Source: Myxococcota bacterium (GTDB lineage: Bacteria > Myxococcota_A > UBA9160 > SMWR01). Taken from it: a stretch of 63,146 bases of DNA. A program made the translations under genes and the position numbers. The stretch is from the NCBI GenBank assembly GCA_036447375.1, contig JAZFUU010000071.1:1-63146 (forward strand). Reading direction: 5' to 3'. Numbering within the stretch: the stretch's first letter is position 1; each line of letters begins with the position of its first letter. Of this stretch, positions 1-13,253 are shown piece after piece. Under the pieces are notes generated by a model that worked only from the letters and a program-made list of their open reading frames with translations, was not told the DNA's origin and ran no database searches.

Positions 1-3276
<3,276 letters not shown>

Positions 3277-3280
<4 letters not shown>

Positions 3281-3828
3281 GTGCCCGATCTTCGGCGCCG
3301 CTGCCCGGTATTTCGCCGGGCCTGCCGCGTCTGCCGCGTCTCGAACTCGCCGCTATCGTGCAGGCTGACCCGAGACCTCTCGATGTGGGTCGACAGCACC
3401 ACCGTCGTTTCCGTGCGAGCCACCCCGTCGAGAGAGCGGATGGTTTCGATCAACTCTTCGAGGGTCTGAGTGTTCACGGTCTTCACCTTGACCATCAGAG
3501 TGTGGGCCCCGGTCACGTGATGACACTCCAACACGTCGGCGATCGCCGCGACCTGGCCCTCCAGGCCGGCGATGGCGGCGGCATGGTCCGTGCTGACACC
3601 GATGAAGGCCGTGACGTCCTTGCCCAGGCGACGCCCGTCGAGCACCGCCACATAGCCCACGACGACACCCGCTTCCTCGAATTTGTGGATGCGCTCGAGC
3701 ACGGCGGGCGCCTTGAGGCCAACCTTCTGCCCGATCTCGGACAGGGACTGCTTGCAGTCCTCCTGCAGCAACTCGAGGATGGCCCGGTCCGTGGTGTCGA
3801 ACTCCGGTGCAATCCGGTTGAACTTCAT
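3277..3828 (-). CDS. Lrp/AsnC-family transcriptional regulator
   Basis: 183-aa ORF. N-terminal winged HTH ([43 protein letters not shown]) plus an AsnC-type ligand-binding domain (AFIGVS...[14 protein letters not shown]...TETTVVLST), then a basic tail of about 30 aa. Its stop overlaps the gltB ATG. Confidence 0.85.
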
Positions 3829-3852
3829 GGGTCATCTTCCCGAAAAACAAAA

Positions 3853-3882
3853 TAGATACGGTATAAGTCACACAATCGTCAA
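3853..3882 (-). promoter_or_regulatory. Putative sigma70-type promoter for the regulator-gltB operon
   Basis: On the minus strand, TTGACG (3882-3877), an 18-nt spacer, then TATCTA (3858-3853), about 25 nt upstream of the ATG at 3828 and inside a strikingly AT-rich island. Pattern match only. Confidence 0.25.
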
Positions 3883-3904
3883 ACAAATAGCGCTAAAAAT
3901 TCGA

Positions 3905-4687
3905 TTAAAACCTCGTTTTATTCGAATTCTTCGATGATTGGGTGAAATTTCCCTCAGGATGCCCCACGATGGCGCGCAGCCGGTCCGGGTGGTTCGTGAA
4001 CAGCCCGTCCACACCCAGGTCGAGAAGACGCCGCATGTCCTCCTCGGAGTCGACCGTGAACACATAGACCGCGAGGCCCTCGGCGTGGGCCTCCTCGATC
4101 AATTCCGGTTGGGCCAGCCCGACCCACGGGTTGAGAGCTTCCGCACCCACGGCACGAGCGCGTTCGAAGGCGCGACCGGGATCTCGAGGAGAGATCAATA
4201 GAGCGATCCGCGCCGCCCGGGATTCCGAACGCACCTCGTTCAGGACGGAGTCGTAGAACGAGGAAAACAGGGTCTCGCCCAACAGATCACGAGCCTCGAC
4301 GGCTTGCAGCGCCGCGGCCGGAAGCCCCGAATAGTCGCCCCGGGTTCCCCGCTTCAACTCGAGGTTGAACGGGATCTGCGAGCCGAAGCGACCGATCACC
4401 TCGTCCAATGTGGGAACGTGTTCCCCATTTCCGGCGTCGAGATCGCGAACCTCCGAGAGGGTGGCATCGGCGATCTCTCCCCGACCCCCGAGCCGCTCGA
4501 GCCCTTCGTCGTGCGCGATCACCACCGCTCCATCGCGGGTGCGGTGAAGATCGATCTCGATCATGTCGGCACGCTGCTCGACGGCCAATGCATAGGCGGG
4601 CAGGGTGTTCTCCGGCAGAGTGCCCGACGCGCCTCGATGGGCGATGACACGGGGCCGCGTGGGCCGAGGGGAGGCCGATCCGCTCAA
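3905..4687 (-). CDS. Glycerophosphodiester phosphodiesterase (GDPD family)
   Basis: The C-terminal 260 aa of track ORF 3905..5518 carry GDPD hallmarks ([44 protein letters not shown]). The upstream part of that ORF overlaps glpK in another frame and is Arg-rich. The nearest in-frame start is the TTG at 4687, overlapping the glpK stop. Start uncertain. Confidence 0.8.
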   Translation of the reverse strand: MSGSASPRPTRPRVIAHRGASGTLPENTLPAYALAVEQRADMIEIDLHRTRDGAVVIAHDEGLERLGGRGEIADATLSEVRDLDAGNGEHVPTLDEVIGRFGSQIPFNLELKRGTRGDYSGLPAAALQAVEARDLLGETLFSSFYDSVLNEVRSESRAARIALLISPRDPGRAFERARAVGAEALNPWVGLAQPELIEEAHAEGLAVYVFTVDSEEDMRRLLDLGVDGLFTNHPDRLRAIVGHPEGNFTQSSKNSNKTRF

Positions 4688-6204
4688 GCGTCTCCCTCTT
4701 CCGGAACCGGGTCGTCTTGAACCCAGTCGCGGGATCGCTCGACCGCTCGTTTCCAGCCGGCGCACAGAGAAGCTCGCTGATCGGCACGGATCGAGGGCTC
4801 GAACCGACGGCCTCCCGTGTCGTTCGTCTCGATCTCGGCAGCGTCTTGCCAGAAGCCCACGCCGAGTCCCGCGAGGGCTGCGGCGCCCATGGCCGTCACC
4901 TCGAGGACGGCCGGACGCTGGACGGGAATGCCCAGAATGTCCGCCTGGAACTGCATCAGGAAGTCGTTCTGAGCCGCCCCGCCATCGACACGCAACGTGT
5001 CCAGGACGAGCCCCGAGTCCGCCTGAAGACACTCGACCACGTCGCGGGTCTGATACGCGATCGACTCGAGAGTGGCGCGGATCACGTGTTCTCGGGTGGT
5101 CCCCCGGGTGAGCCCGACGAGAGCTCCCCGGGCGCGATCGTCCCAATACGGGGCGCCGAGGCCGACGAAGGCGGGCACCAGGTACACGCCTCCGGTGTCG
5201 TCGACAGAGCGGGCCGCGGCCTCGGAATCCGCCGCGTTCTCCAGCAGGCCCAGGCCGTCGCGGAGCCACTGTACCGCGGCGCCGGCCACGAAGATGCTTC
5301 CCTCGAGGGCATAGGTAAAGCGACCGTCGATTCCCCAACCGATCGTCGTAATCAGGCCGTTCTTCGAGACGGGCGCCTCCGGACCCGTATTCATCAGCAA
5401 GAAGCAGCCGGTGCCGTAGGTGTTCTTCGCGTCGCCGGGGGCAACGCAGCCCTGGCCGAAGAGCGCCGCCTGCTGATCTCCGGCGATCCCCGAAATGGGA
5501 ATCTCGGCCCCGAACCATTCCGGATCCGCGACTCCGAAGACACCGCTGCTGTCGCGAACCTCCGGCAGCATCGCCTGGGGTATCTGCAACGCGTCCAGCA
5601 GGAGATCGTCCCAGTCACGCCGATGGATGTTGTAGATGAGCGTTCGCGAAGCATTGGAGTACTCGGTGGCGTGAACACGCCCACGGGTGAGCTTGTGGAG
5701 CAACCAGGAATCGATGGTGCCGAACGCCAGTTCTCCTGCCTCGGCCCGCTTCTGCCCCCCCTCGATCGCGTCGAGAATGAAGCGAATCTTCGTCCCCGAG
5801 AAGTACGCATCGATCACGAGCCCGGTGCGAGCTCGCACCTCCGCTTCGAGTCCGCGCGCGCGCAGCTGGTCGCAGATGGGCGCGGTCTGGCGCGATTGCC
5901 ACACGATCGCTCGATGCACCGGGTCACCGCTGCCGCGATCCCACACCAACGCCGTCTCACGCTGATTCGTGATCCCGATCGCCGCGACGTCCGAACCGTG
6001 GGCGCCCGCTTTGGTCAGCACACCCCGAGCCGCCCGCAGCTGGCTGTCCCAGATCTCCATTGGATCGTGCTCGACCCATCCCGGCTTGGGAAAGTGCTGG
6101 GTAAATTCGTACTGGTCGATCGCGACCATCGACCCCGCGCGATCGAAGAGGATCGCGCGCGAGGAAGTCGTGCCCTGATCCAGGGCCATCACGTACCGGC
6201 TCAC
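4684..6204 (-). CDS. glpK: Glycerol kinase
   Basis: 506 aa with FGGY/GlpK signatures: [68 protein letters not shown] start preceded by GGGGGGAGGG. Confidence 0.95.
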   Translation of the reverse strand: MSRYVMALDQGTTSSRAILFDRAGSMVAIDQYEFTQHFPKPGWVEHDPMEIWDSQLRAARGVLTKAGAHGSDVAAIGITNQRETALVWDRGSGDPVHRAIVWQSRQTAPICDQLRARGLEAEVRARTGLVIDAYFSGTKIRFILDAIEGGQKRAEAGELAFGTIDSWLLHKLTRGRVHATEYSNASRTLIYNIHRRDWDDLLLDALQIPQAMLPEVRDSSGVFGVADPEWFGAEIPISGIAGDQQAALFGQGCVAPGDAKNTYGTGCFLLMNTGPEAPVSKNGLITTIGWGIDGRFTYALEGSIFVAGAAVQWLRDGLGLLENAADSEAAARSVDDTGGVYLVPAFVGLGAPYWDDRARGALVGLTRGTTREHVIRATLESIAYQTRDVVECLQADSGLVLDTLRVDGGAAQNDFLMQFQADILGIPVQRPAVLEVTAMGAAALAGLGVGFWQDAAEIETNDTGGRRFEPSIRADQRASLCAGWKRAVERSRDWVQDDPVPEEGDA

Positions 6205-6330
6205 CCCGACCCTCCCCCCGACGACGGTACCGCCACGGGCGCCCGCCGGAATGCAGATGATACCGTGTGGCGGTCCGGACCCGGGTTTTCTAGTCCGCCC
6301 TATTACATGATCCCTCGTCGCAGCATTCGG

Positions 6331-7422
6331 CTAGATCTCAAAGACCGCTTCGACGAACTCCTGGGCGCGGAATTCCCGCAGATCCTCGACGGACTCGCCA
6401 ACACCGACGTATCGGATGGGAATGCCGAACTCGTCGGCCAGGCCCACGATCACGCCCCCCTTGGCCGTGCCGTCGAGCTTCGTCAGGATCAGCCCGGTGA
6501 CACCCGCCGCGCGAGTGAACTCCCGCGCCTGGGAGATCGCGTTTTGCCCGGTGTTGGCGTCGATTACGAGCAACGTCTCATGGGGAGCGCCCGGGAGGTC
6601 GCGTCCGATCACGCGCACCATCTTGGCGAGTTCGTCCATCAGTGGGCGCTGTGTCTGGAGTCGGCCGGCGGTGTCGATGATCGCGACCGCGGCACCGCGC
6701 GCCACGGCGACCTTGACGGTTTCGAAGGCGACGGCCGAAGGGTCCCCGCCCGAGGGGCCCGTAATCACTTCGCAACCCGTGCGTTCGCCCCAGAACTGGA
6801 GCTGCTCGGTCGCGGCCGCGCGGAAGGTATCGCCCGCGCCCAGCACGACCTGATCTCCCCGATCCCGGTATCGGGACGCGAGCTTGCCGATGGTCGTGGT
6901 CTTGCCGGATCCGTTAACACCGAGCACGAGAATCACGTGAGGCTTCCCGATCTTTTCGAGACCTCCCGTGGGTTCGACGCGCCGCAGCTTCTCCAGTATG
7001 GCCTCTCGAAGCACGCGCCGAACGACATCGACGCTGGCGCCCGCCGCCTTCTGCTTCACGCTCGACAGCAAGCTTTCGGCCGTCGCTACGCCGAGGTCCG
7101 CGCTGAATAGAATCATCTCCAGCTCATCGAGCACCGCCGCGTCGACGGAACGACCGCGGAGCAGGCTCCCGATGCGGCCGACGAGCGTCTCTCGCGTGGC
7201 ACCCAGGCTTTCGGCCAGGCCTGCCGGCGCCGCGGAGGCGGGCGGATCCGGTTCGCGTCGGTCTGCCGCGGTGGCGGCGACCTCCGGCGTGGGCCGGGAT
7301 CGGCGGATCCGACCGACTTCGGCGATCACGAGAAGCAGAATCGGAAGCGAAAAGATCAGGACCAGGGTGGCCAGCGGATGAACCCCGGCCCAGACGCTCA
7401 GCAGGTGCCACAGTTCGATCAT
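6331..7422 (-). CDS. ftsY: Signal recognition particle receptor FtsY
   Basis: 363 aa. The NG domain has GVNGSGKTTTIGKLA, DTAGR and TKLDGTAKGG. The N-terminus is a hydrophobic anchor (LATLVLIFSLPILLLVIA) rather than an acidic A domain. Confidence 0.92.
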   Translation of the reverse strand: MIELWHLLSVWAGVHPLATLVLIFSLPILLLVIAEVGRIRRSRPTPEVAATAADRREPDPPASAAPAGLAESLGATRETLVGRIGSLLRGRSVDAAVLDELEMILFSADLGVATAESLLSSVKQKAAGASVDVVRRVLREAILEKLRRVEPTGGLEKIGKPHVILVLGVNGSGKTTTIGKLASRYRDRGDQVVLGAGDTFRAAATEQLQFWGERTGCEVITGPSGGDPSAVAFETVKVAVARGAAVAIIDTAGRLQTQRPLMDELAKMVRVIGRDLPGAPHETLLVIDANTGQNAISQAREFTRAAGVTGLILTKLDGTAKGGVIVGLADEFGIPIRYVGVGESVEDLREFRAQEFVEAVFEI

Positions 7423-7438
7423 CGAGCGCGGAGGATAG

Positions 7439-10400
7439 CTAGTGCAGGGACACGGACACCAACTTGCTGACGCCCTTTTGCTCCATGGTCACACCGTAGA
7501 GCGTGTCGGCGACCTCGATGGTTCGCTTGTTGTGGGTGATGATCACGAATTGGGACTCGCGCGCGAGTTCGCGCACGATCTCGTTGAATCGCTCCACATT
7601 GGCATCGTCGAGGGCCGCATCCACTTCGTCGAGCAGGAAGAACGGTGAGGGTCGCACCTGAAAAACGGCGACCAGGAGCGCGAGGGCCGTGAGGGTCTTT
7701 TCGCCGCCCGAGAACAGATTGACGTTCTGGAGACGCTTGCCCGGCGGCATCGCCATGATTTCGATTCCCGCATCGAGGATGTCTTCGGTCTCCGTGAGGG
7801 AAAGGCTCGCCCGACCGCCCCCGAACAAACGGGGGAAGTTCTCCGAGAAGCGCTTGCTCACCGCTTCGAACGTCTCCCGGAAGCGCTTGCGGCTGGTGCG
7901 GTTGATGCGAGCGATGGCGTCGCGGAGCGAGGCCAGGCTGCTGTCCAGATCGGCCTTCTGCTCGCTGAGGAAGCGGAGGCGTTCGCTCAGCTCCTCGTGC
8001 TCTTCGATCGCACCCAGGTTGACCTCACCCAGACTCTGAAGCCCGTCGCGAACCTCCGCGAGCTTCCGGACGCGTTCTTCATGGGAGAGCTGCATCAACT
8101 CCGCATGAACGCGCGCTTCCCGAGCCGCATCGGCCAGCGAGACCTCCACTCCGTCCTCGGGTTCCCCCTCTGCCGACTCCAGCGGCGACAGCGGCGGATC
8201 CGGATCCGTCCCGAGTTTCGGGGGCGTCCAGTCAGAGAGTTCGATCCCCCATTTTTCGCGGATCGAGTCGGTCAGGTGGGTCAGCCGCAGTTCGGCCTCG
8301 CGTTGGGTGAGCTCCGCCGACCCCATCTCGTCGCGACGGGCTTCGAACTCGCGTCGCAGGCCCCGGCCCTCTTCCTCGATCTCGCCGAGGCTCGCGGCGA
8401 TCCGATCGTAGGCCTCGCGCTTCTCGTCGGAGCTGGCCCGGGCCTGCTCTTCCCGGCCCAACAGCATCTCCAACGCCGACTGCGACTCGCCGATCTCCGC
8501 CGCCAGATCTTCGCGGCGCGCCTCGCCCTGTTCGATTTCTCGCTCCCGCTGCGCAATCCACTCCCCGGTTTCACGGGCTGCGGCGCGAGCGCGCTCGAGT
8601 CCCACCACCAGTCGATCGCGCCGTTCGACCCGCCCGGCGTGCTCGACGCGACGCTCGGTCGCGACGATGTCGCACCGCGATGCCTCGCGCACGGCCGAAC
8701 CCAGACGCAACAGCAGGGCATCGAGGTCGCGCTGACGATCGGTACGCTGCAGTCGCGCCTCTTCGAGCTGCTGAGCCCGCCGTACTCCCTCTGTTGACAG
8801 CGCGTCGCGCCCCGCCTGCAACCCCGATCGCTCCGCCGCGCGACTCTCGAGGGCTTCGTTCAAGGTCTTCACGCGCTCGTTCGTGCGTTCCAGGTCTTTC
8901 TCGTGGTTCGCAACGGCGAGGGCGGCTGTGTGGTGCCGATTGCGCAAGTTGTCGAGTTCATCGCCGGCCCGGGACCGGGCCGCCTCGGCCTCTCGCGACG
9001 CGGTCTCGCGCACAGCGACCTCGGCGTCGAGGTCCGCCACCTCGGCCGTGAGATCGCGAATCTCGCCCATCCGGCCCAGGAAACCGCTGCCCGCGCTCGC
9101 GGACTGCGAATCATCGCCACCGCGCGCGATTCCATCGGGGGCCAGCACGTCGCCGGTCCGGGTGACGAAGGTCGCGGGGAGTCGGCCGCCGCCGTAGATC
9201 TCGAGCACCTCGGTCAGTCCGTCGACGAGATTGACACCACCCAGGAGCGCGCGAGCCAGCCCTTCGTAGCCCGGTCGGGGGTGGACGCGGTCGAGCAGTG
9301 GCTGGCCCAGAGGAACGATTCCAATCGCCTGGACCTCCACCGGCGGCAGCGAGACGAGGATTCCGCGGCCGGCGCCGGCGGATCGAAGCCGATCGAGGGC
9401 CGAGACCGCTCCCTGGGTCTGATCGACCACGATCGCCTCGCAACGATCGGCGAGCACGGCCTCAACCGCCCTCTCGACCTCGCGGTCGACCTCGAGCACG
9501 TCGCGCAACAAGCCGCGCACGCCCAGCTCACGTCGTTCATCTTCGTCGAGGGACAACAGGTGTCGCGCCCCCTCACCGACATCTTGTCTTCGCTCGGTCA
9601 CCTCACGCAGCGAAGTCAGCCGGGAGCGGCGGGTCTCGCGGCGCTCCCGCAGCTCTGCCAGGGCCGACGTCGCCGCACGCTCCCCCTCCACGGCCCGGGC
9701 GTGGGCATCGAGTGCCGCCCGGACGAGTCCCATCAACCGATCGCGCTCTCCCAGCAGATCGCGAAGTGCCGTCTCCAGATCCCGCTGCTCTCGATCCGCT
9801 CGTGACACCTCCGACTGACCGGCTTCGAGGTTCGAGTCGGCGCTGCGCATGCGGGCATCGAGCTCGGCGCCGCGGTCTTCGACCCCCGCCACCCGGTCCT
9901 CACCCCGGGCGATCGCCGTCAAGAACTCGACCACCGCAGCGTTCGCTGCGTCGCGCTCGGCCTCGAGCTCCTGAAGCCGTTCTCTCGCCTCCCGGGCTTC
10001 GGCTTCGGCGCTGCTCAATCCGTCCGCCTCGGACTCCAGAGCGCGCTCCACGACACGCGCCTCGTCTCCGGTCTCGAGGGCCTCGACCTCCTGGCCCCGC
10101 AACTGATCGCGGAGGCCTTCGAGTTCCTCGCCCCGGTTGGCGATCGTCTCGGCCAGCAGCGCTCGCTCGCGCCGCGCGAACTCGATCCGGCCCTCGTGGT
10201 GCTTGATGTCGGTTCGCAGCGTGAGCAGGACCTCGCTGCCCTCGCTGAGCAGGCGTTCCGATTCCGCGCGCTCGACACGCTTCTGCTGGGTTTCGAGCTC
10301 GCGCTGAGCCAGCCGGGTCTCCAGCGCGGTCACATCATCACGCAGGGCCTGGCGACTCCGTGTCGCCGCCTCGGTTTCGGCCAGCAATTCGGCGCGGCCG

Positions 10401-11104
10401 TCGGCGGCGAGGGAGAGATCGAGCACGCGGACCGTCTCCCGCAGACGCTTGTAGCGGGCGGCTTTCTTCGCCTGCCGCTCGATCGAAGTGATCTGACGGC
10501 GGATCTCCGAGAGAATATCCGTCACCCGCAGCAGGTTCTGCTCGGTGGACTGCATCTTGGACTCGGCCTCTCGTCGCCGGGCCTTGTATTTCCCGATTCC
10601 GGCCGCTTCCTCGATCAGTGTGCGCCGATCTTCCGGTCGAGCCGACACGATCTCGGCGATCTGACCCTGCTCGACGATGGTGTAGCCCTTGGTCCCGATT
10701 CCCGTATCGCGAAAGAAATCCTGCACGTCGCGAAGCCGACACGGGGTGCCGTTGATCAGGTACTCGGACTCGCCCGAGCGGTACAGGCGGCGGGCGATCT
10801 GGATTTCGCTGTAGTCGGAGAATTCCGGAGGGCCCGAGCCGTCCGAGTTTTCGAAGGTCAGCGTGACCTCCGCCATGCCGATGGCGGACCGCCCCTCGGA
10901 CCCCCCGAAGATGACGTCCTCCATGGACTTGCCCCGCAGTCGGCGGGGAGCCTGCTCACCCATCGCCCAGCGCATCGCGTCCACCACGTTCGACTTGCCG
11001 CAGCCATTCGGACCCACGACGGCCGTGATCCCCGGCTCGAATCGCATACTCGTCTTGTCCACGAACGATTTGAAGCCATTGAGATCGAGGGTCTTGATGC
11101 GCAA
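7439..11104 (-). CDS. smc: Chromosome segregation protein SMC
   Basis: 1221 aa. Walker A GPNGCGKSN, long coiled-coil arms, a hinge, and the C-terminal FSGGEKTLTALALL signature plus Walker B FFLLDEVDAALD. TTG start at 11104 preceded by GAGGA. Confidence 0.95.
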   Translation of the reverse strand: MRIKTLDLNGFKSFVDKTSMRFEPGITAVVGPNGCGKSNVVDAMRWAMGEQAPRRLRGKSMEDVIFGGSEGRSAIGMAEVTLTFENSDGSGPPEFSDYSEIQIARRLYRSGESEYLINGTPCRLRDVQDFFRDTGIGTKGYTIVEQGQIAEIVSARPEDRRTLIEEAAGIGKYKARRREAESKMQSTEQNLLRVTDILSEIRRQITSIERQAKKAARYKRLRETVRVLDLSLAADGRAELLAETEAATRSRQALRDDVTALETRLAQRELETQQKRVERAESERLLSEGSEVLLTLRTDIKHHEGRIEFARRERALLAETIANRGEELEGLRDQLRGQEVEALETGDEARVVERALESEADGLSSAEAEAREARERLQELEAERDAANAAVVEFLTAIARGEDRVAGVEDRGAELDARMRSADSNLEAGQSEVSRADREQRDLETALRDLLGERDRLMGLVRAALDAHARAVEGERAATSALAELRERRETRRSRLTSLREVTERRQDVGEGARHLLSLDEDERRELGVRGLLRDVLEVDREVERAVEAVLADRCEAIVVDQTQGAVSALDRLRSAGAGRGILVSLPPVEVQAIGIVPLGQPLLDRVHPRPGYEGLARALLGGVNLVDGLTEVLEIYGGGRLPATFVTRTGDVLAPDGIARGGDDSQSASAGSGFLGRMGEIRDLTAEVADLDAEVAVRETASREAEAARSRAGDELDNLRNRHHTAALAVANHEKDLERTNERVKTLNEALESRAAERSGLQAGRDALSTEGVRRAQQLEEARLQRTDRQRDLDALLLRLGSAVREASRCDIVATERRVEHAGRVERRDRLVVGLERARAAARETGEWIAQREREIEQGEARREDLAAEIGESQSALEMLLGREEQARASSDEKREAYDRIAASLGEIEEEGRGLRREFEARRDEMGSAELTQREAELRLTHLTDSIREKWGIELSDWTPPKLGTDPDPPLSPLESAEGEPEDGVEVSLADAAREARVHAELMQLSHEERVRKLAEVRDGLQSLGEVNLGAIEEHEELSERLRFLSEQKADLDSSLASLRDAIARINRTSRKRFRETFEAVSKRFSENFPRLFGGGRASLSLTETEDILDAGIEIMAMPPGKRLQNVNLFSGGEKTLTALALLVAVFQVRPSPFFLLDEVDAALDDANVERFNEIVRELARESQFVIITHNKRTIEVADTLYGVTMEQKGVSKLVSVSLH

Positions 11105-11264
11105 ACGATCCTCACAGCCATTCCGACGGGCCGGACGAGTCGGGCGGACGGCCGCCGACCGAACGGTGCCATGGCGGTCTAGCGATACCTTGGGGGGAGG
11201 TCAATAGTTGGTACCACCCTCGCTGGGGGATCCGCAAGCCTTCGATGGCGTCAAGCCGCTGCGA

Positions 11265-11283
11265 GGCGAGCCGCAGGCTCGCC
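11265..11283 (-). terminator. GC hairpin downstream of the ABC exporter genes (possible terminator)
   Basis: GGCGAGCC-GCA-GGCTCGCC: a perfect 8-bp stem with a 3-nt loop, about 65 nt after the stop at 11349. No U-tract, so weak. Confidence 0.25.
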
Positions 11284-11348
11284 GTGCGGGTCCAAGGCCG
11301 AAGGCCGCGGAAGTAGATCGGACGGGCCCGCCGATAACCCGCCGGGAC

Positions 11349-13253
11349 CTAACCTGCGGCGGCGGAGGCTCGCTCGTGATGGCCATACTGCAGTCGGTAG
11401 AGCCGGTAGTAGACACCCCCCAGCGCGAGGAGTTCGTCGTGGGACCCCGACTCCACGACGGATCCCTTGTGCAGCACATGGATCCGATCGACATCCCGGA
11501 TCGTCGAGAGGCGATGAGCGATCACGAGAGCCGTCTTCCCCTCCATCAGAACGTGGATGCCGCGCTGGAGCAGCGCCTCGGTCTCGGTGTCGATGGCGCT
11601 GGTGGCTTCGTCGAGAACCAGGATGTCCGCGCCGTGGGCCAGGGCACGGGCGAAGGACAGCAACTGCCGCTGCCCGGACGAAAAATTCGATCCGCGCTCG
11701 CGGATCTCGGCACCGTAGGCATCGGGGAGCGCCTCGATGAACCTGTGGGCCTGGACAGCGCGGGCCGCCGCGCGAACGGTCTCGGAGCTGATGTCCTCCC
11801 GATCCAGCGAGATGTTCTCCTCGACGGTTCCGCTGAATAGAAAGACATCTTGAAGAACCATCGCCACTCTGCGGCGCAGATCCTCCTGGCGCATCGCGCG
11901 CAGGTCCACGCCATCGATGCGGATGCTCCCCCGCGTCACGTCGTAGAATCGCGTCAGCAGATGGATGATCGTGGTCTTCCCGGCTCCCGTGGCGCCCACG
12001 ATCGCCACCCGCTCGCCCGCTTCGACGCGGAACGAGACATCGCGAAGCACCCAGTCGTCGCCCTGATAGGCGAACCAGACGTTCTCGAATTCCACGGATC
12101 CTCGGGCCCGGGTGTGCGTGGGAGCGGAGGTGGCTCCGGGCGGATTCGCGATCTCGGGCTCGGTGTCCAGCAGCTGAAAAATCCGCTCGCTGCTGGCCAT
12201 CGACGACTGCATCACCGAGTACTTGGCGGATAGATCCCGCAGCGGCATGAAGAAGCGGCGCATGTAGTCGATGAACACGTACAGGGTTCCCGCTTCGGCG
12301 AGCCCCGTCGCCTTCCAGACAATGACCGCCACCGTGATTCCCTGGGCCAGCTCCACCACCGAGAAGAGCGCTGATTCGTAACGTATCGACTGGATCCACG
12401 AATCCCGGTGGTCCGCGTTCAGCTGGCCAAATTCGCGAAAGTTTCGGCGCTCTCGCGTAAATAGCTGCACCACCTTCATGCCCGTGACATTTTCCTGGAT
12501 GTAGGTGTTGATGCGGGCGATGCGCACCCGGACCCGCCGGTAGGCGCCACGCGCCTTGAAGCGAAAGATCATGGCCACGACGGCCAGCACCGGCACGACA
12601 CCCAGGGCGAAGACCGCCAAACGGCTGTCCACCGCAAACAGCACCGCCGCGAAGCCCACCATCTTGAGAATGTCGGTCAGGCCGGCAACGATCCCCGCCG
12701 AGAACATCTCCGCGACGTTTTCGACGTCGTTCGTCGCTCGAGTGACGAGTCGCCCGACGGGGTAGCGGTCGAAGAAGCCCAGATGCAGGGTCTGGATGTG
12801 CCCGAACACCCGCCGCCGCAGATCCCGCATCGCGAACTGGCCGGTACGAGCCATCAGAAGCATGTACGCGAACTGGACCACCGTGTTCATCGCCATCACG
12901 GCCAGGTAGAGCCCCCCCAGCCACAAGAACTGCGAGAATCCCTCCGGCGCGACGAGGATCCCGCGGATTCGCGCGAAGCCTTCCCCGGGCTCCGGCGGGC
13001 CGATTCCCGCAGCCTGATCCAGCCCTGTCTTGATGATCCAGGCGGGCGCAGCTTCGAAGGCGAAGATCGGCACCACCAGCGCGAGGGTCAGGGCGATCTG
13101 GGCCTTGTAGGGCGCCACGTACTGCCAGAGTCTCGCCATCAGGCGAGCGTCGTAGGCCTTGCCGAGGGCCTCCTCTTCGTGCATCGCCTCCCGGGCGCTG
13201 GCACTCAGCCCCTGAGACGGCGTCCCATTGCCGCGGGGGTCGGGGCCGGTCAC
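11349..13253 (-). CDS. ABC exporter, fused permease/ATPase half-transporter (MdlB/MsbA-like)
   Basis: 634 aa. N-terminal 6-TM exporter domain, then an NBD with VGATGAGKTT (Walker A), FSSGQRQLLSFARAL (signature) and ILVLDEATSAID (Walker B). 4-nt overlap with the upstream half-transporter. Confidence 0.9.
   Translation of the reverse strand: MTGPDPRGNGTPSQGLSASAREAMHEEEALGKAYDARLMARLWQYVAPYKAQIALTLALVVPIFAFEAAPAWIIKTGLDQAAGIGPPEPGEGFARIRGILVAPEGFSQFLWLGGLYLAVMAMNTVVQFAYMLLMARTGQFAMRDLRRRVFGHIQTLHLGFFDRYPVGRLVTRATNDVENVAEMFSAGIVAGLTDILKMVGFAAVLFAVDSRLAVFALGVVPVLAVVAMIFRFKARGAYRRVRVRIARINTYIQENVTGMKVVQLFTRERRNFREFGQLNADHRDSWIQSIRYESALFSVVELAQGITVAVIVWKATGLAEAGTLYVFIDYMRRFFMPLRDLSAKYSVMQSSMASSERIFQLLDTEPEIANPPGATSAPTHTRARGSVEFENVWFAYQGDDWVLRDVSFRVEAGERVAIVGATGAGKTTIIHLLTRFYDVTRGSIRIDGVDLRAMRQEDLRRRVAMVLQDVFLFSGTVEENISLDREDISSETVRAAARAVQAHRFIEALPDAYGAEIRERGSNFSSGQRQLLSFARALAHGADILVLDEATSAIDTETEALLQRGIHVLMEGKTALVIAHRLSTIRDVDRIHVLHKGSVVESGSHDELLALGGVYYRLYRLQYGHHERASAAAG

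Noticed and set aside
4688-5518. Upstream extension of the phosphodiesterase ORF (537-aa version)
   Set aside because: It overlaps glpK in a different frame and is Arg/Gly-rich junk. GDPD homology starts right after the TTG at 4687.
4717-7110. 797-aa plus-strand ORF spanning the glpK and ftsY region
   Set aside because: It is antisense to two genes with unmistakable homology. Its translation is Arg/Gly/Pro/Asp-rich with no recognisable motif. Long stop-free antisense frames are expected at this GC content.
11105-11348. Possible SRP (4.5S) RNA next to ftsY/smc, because of GGUCC...GGAAG strings
   Set aside because: On neither strand does it contain the conserved SRP domain IV motif (…GGUCAGGUCCGGAAGGAAGCAGC…).
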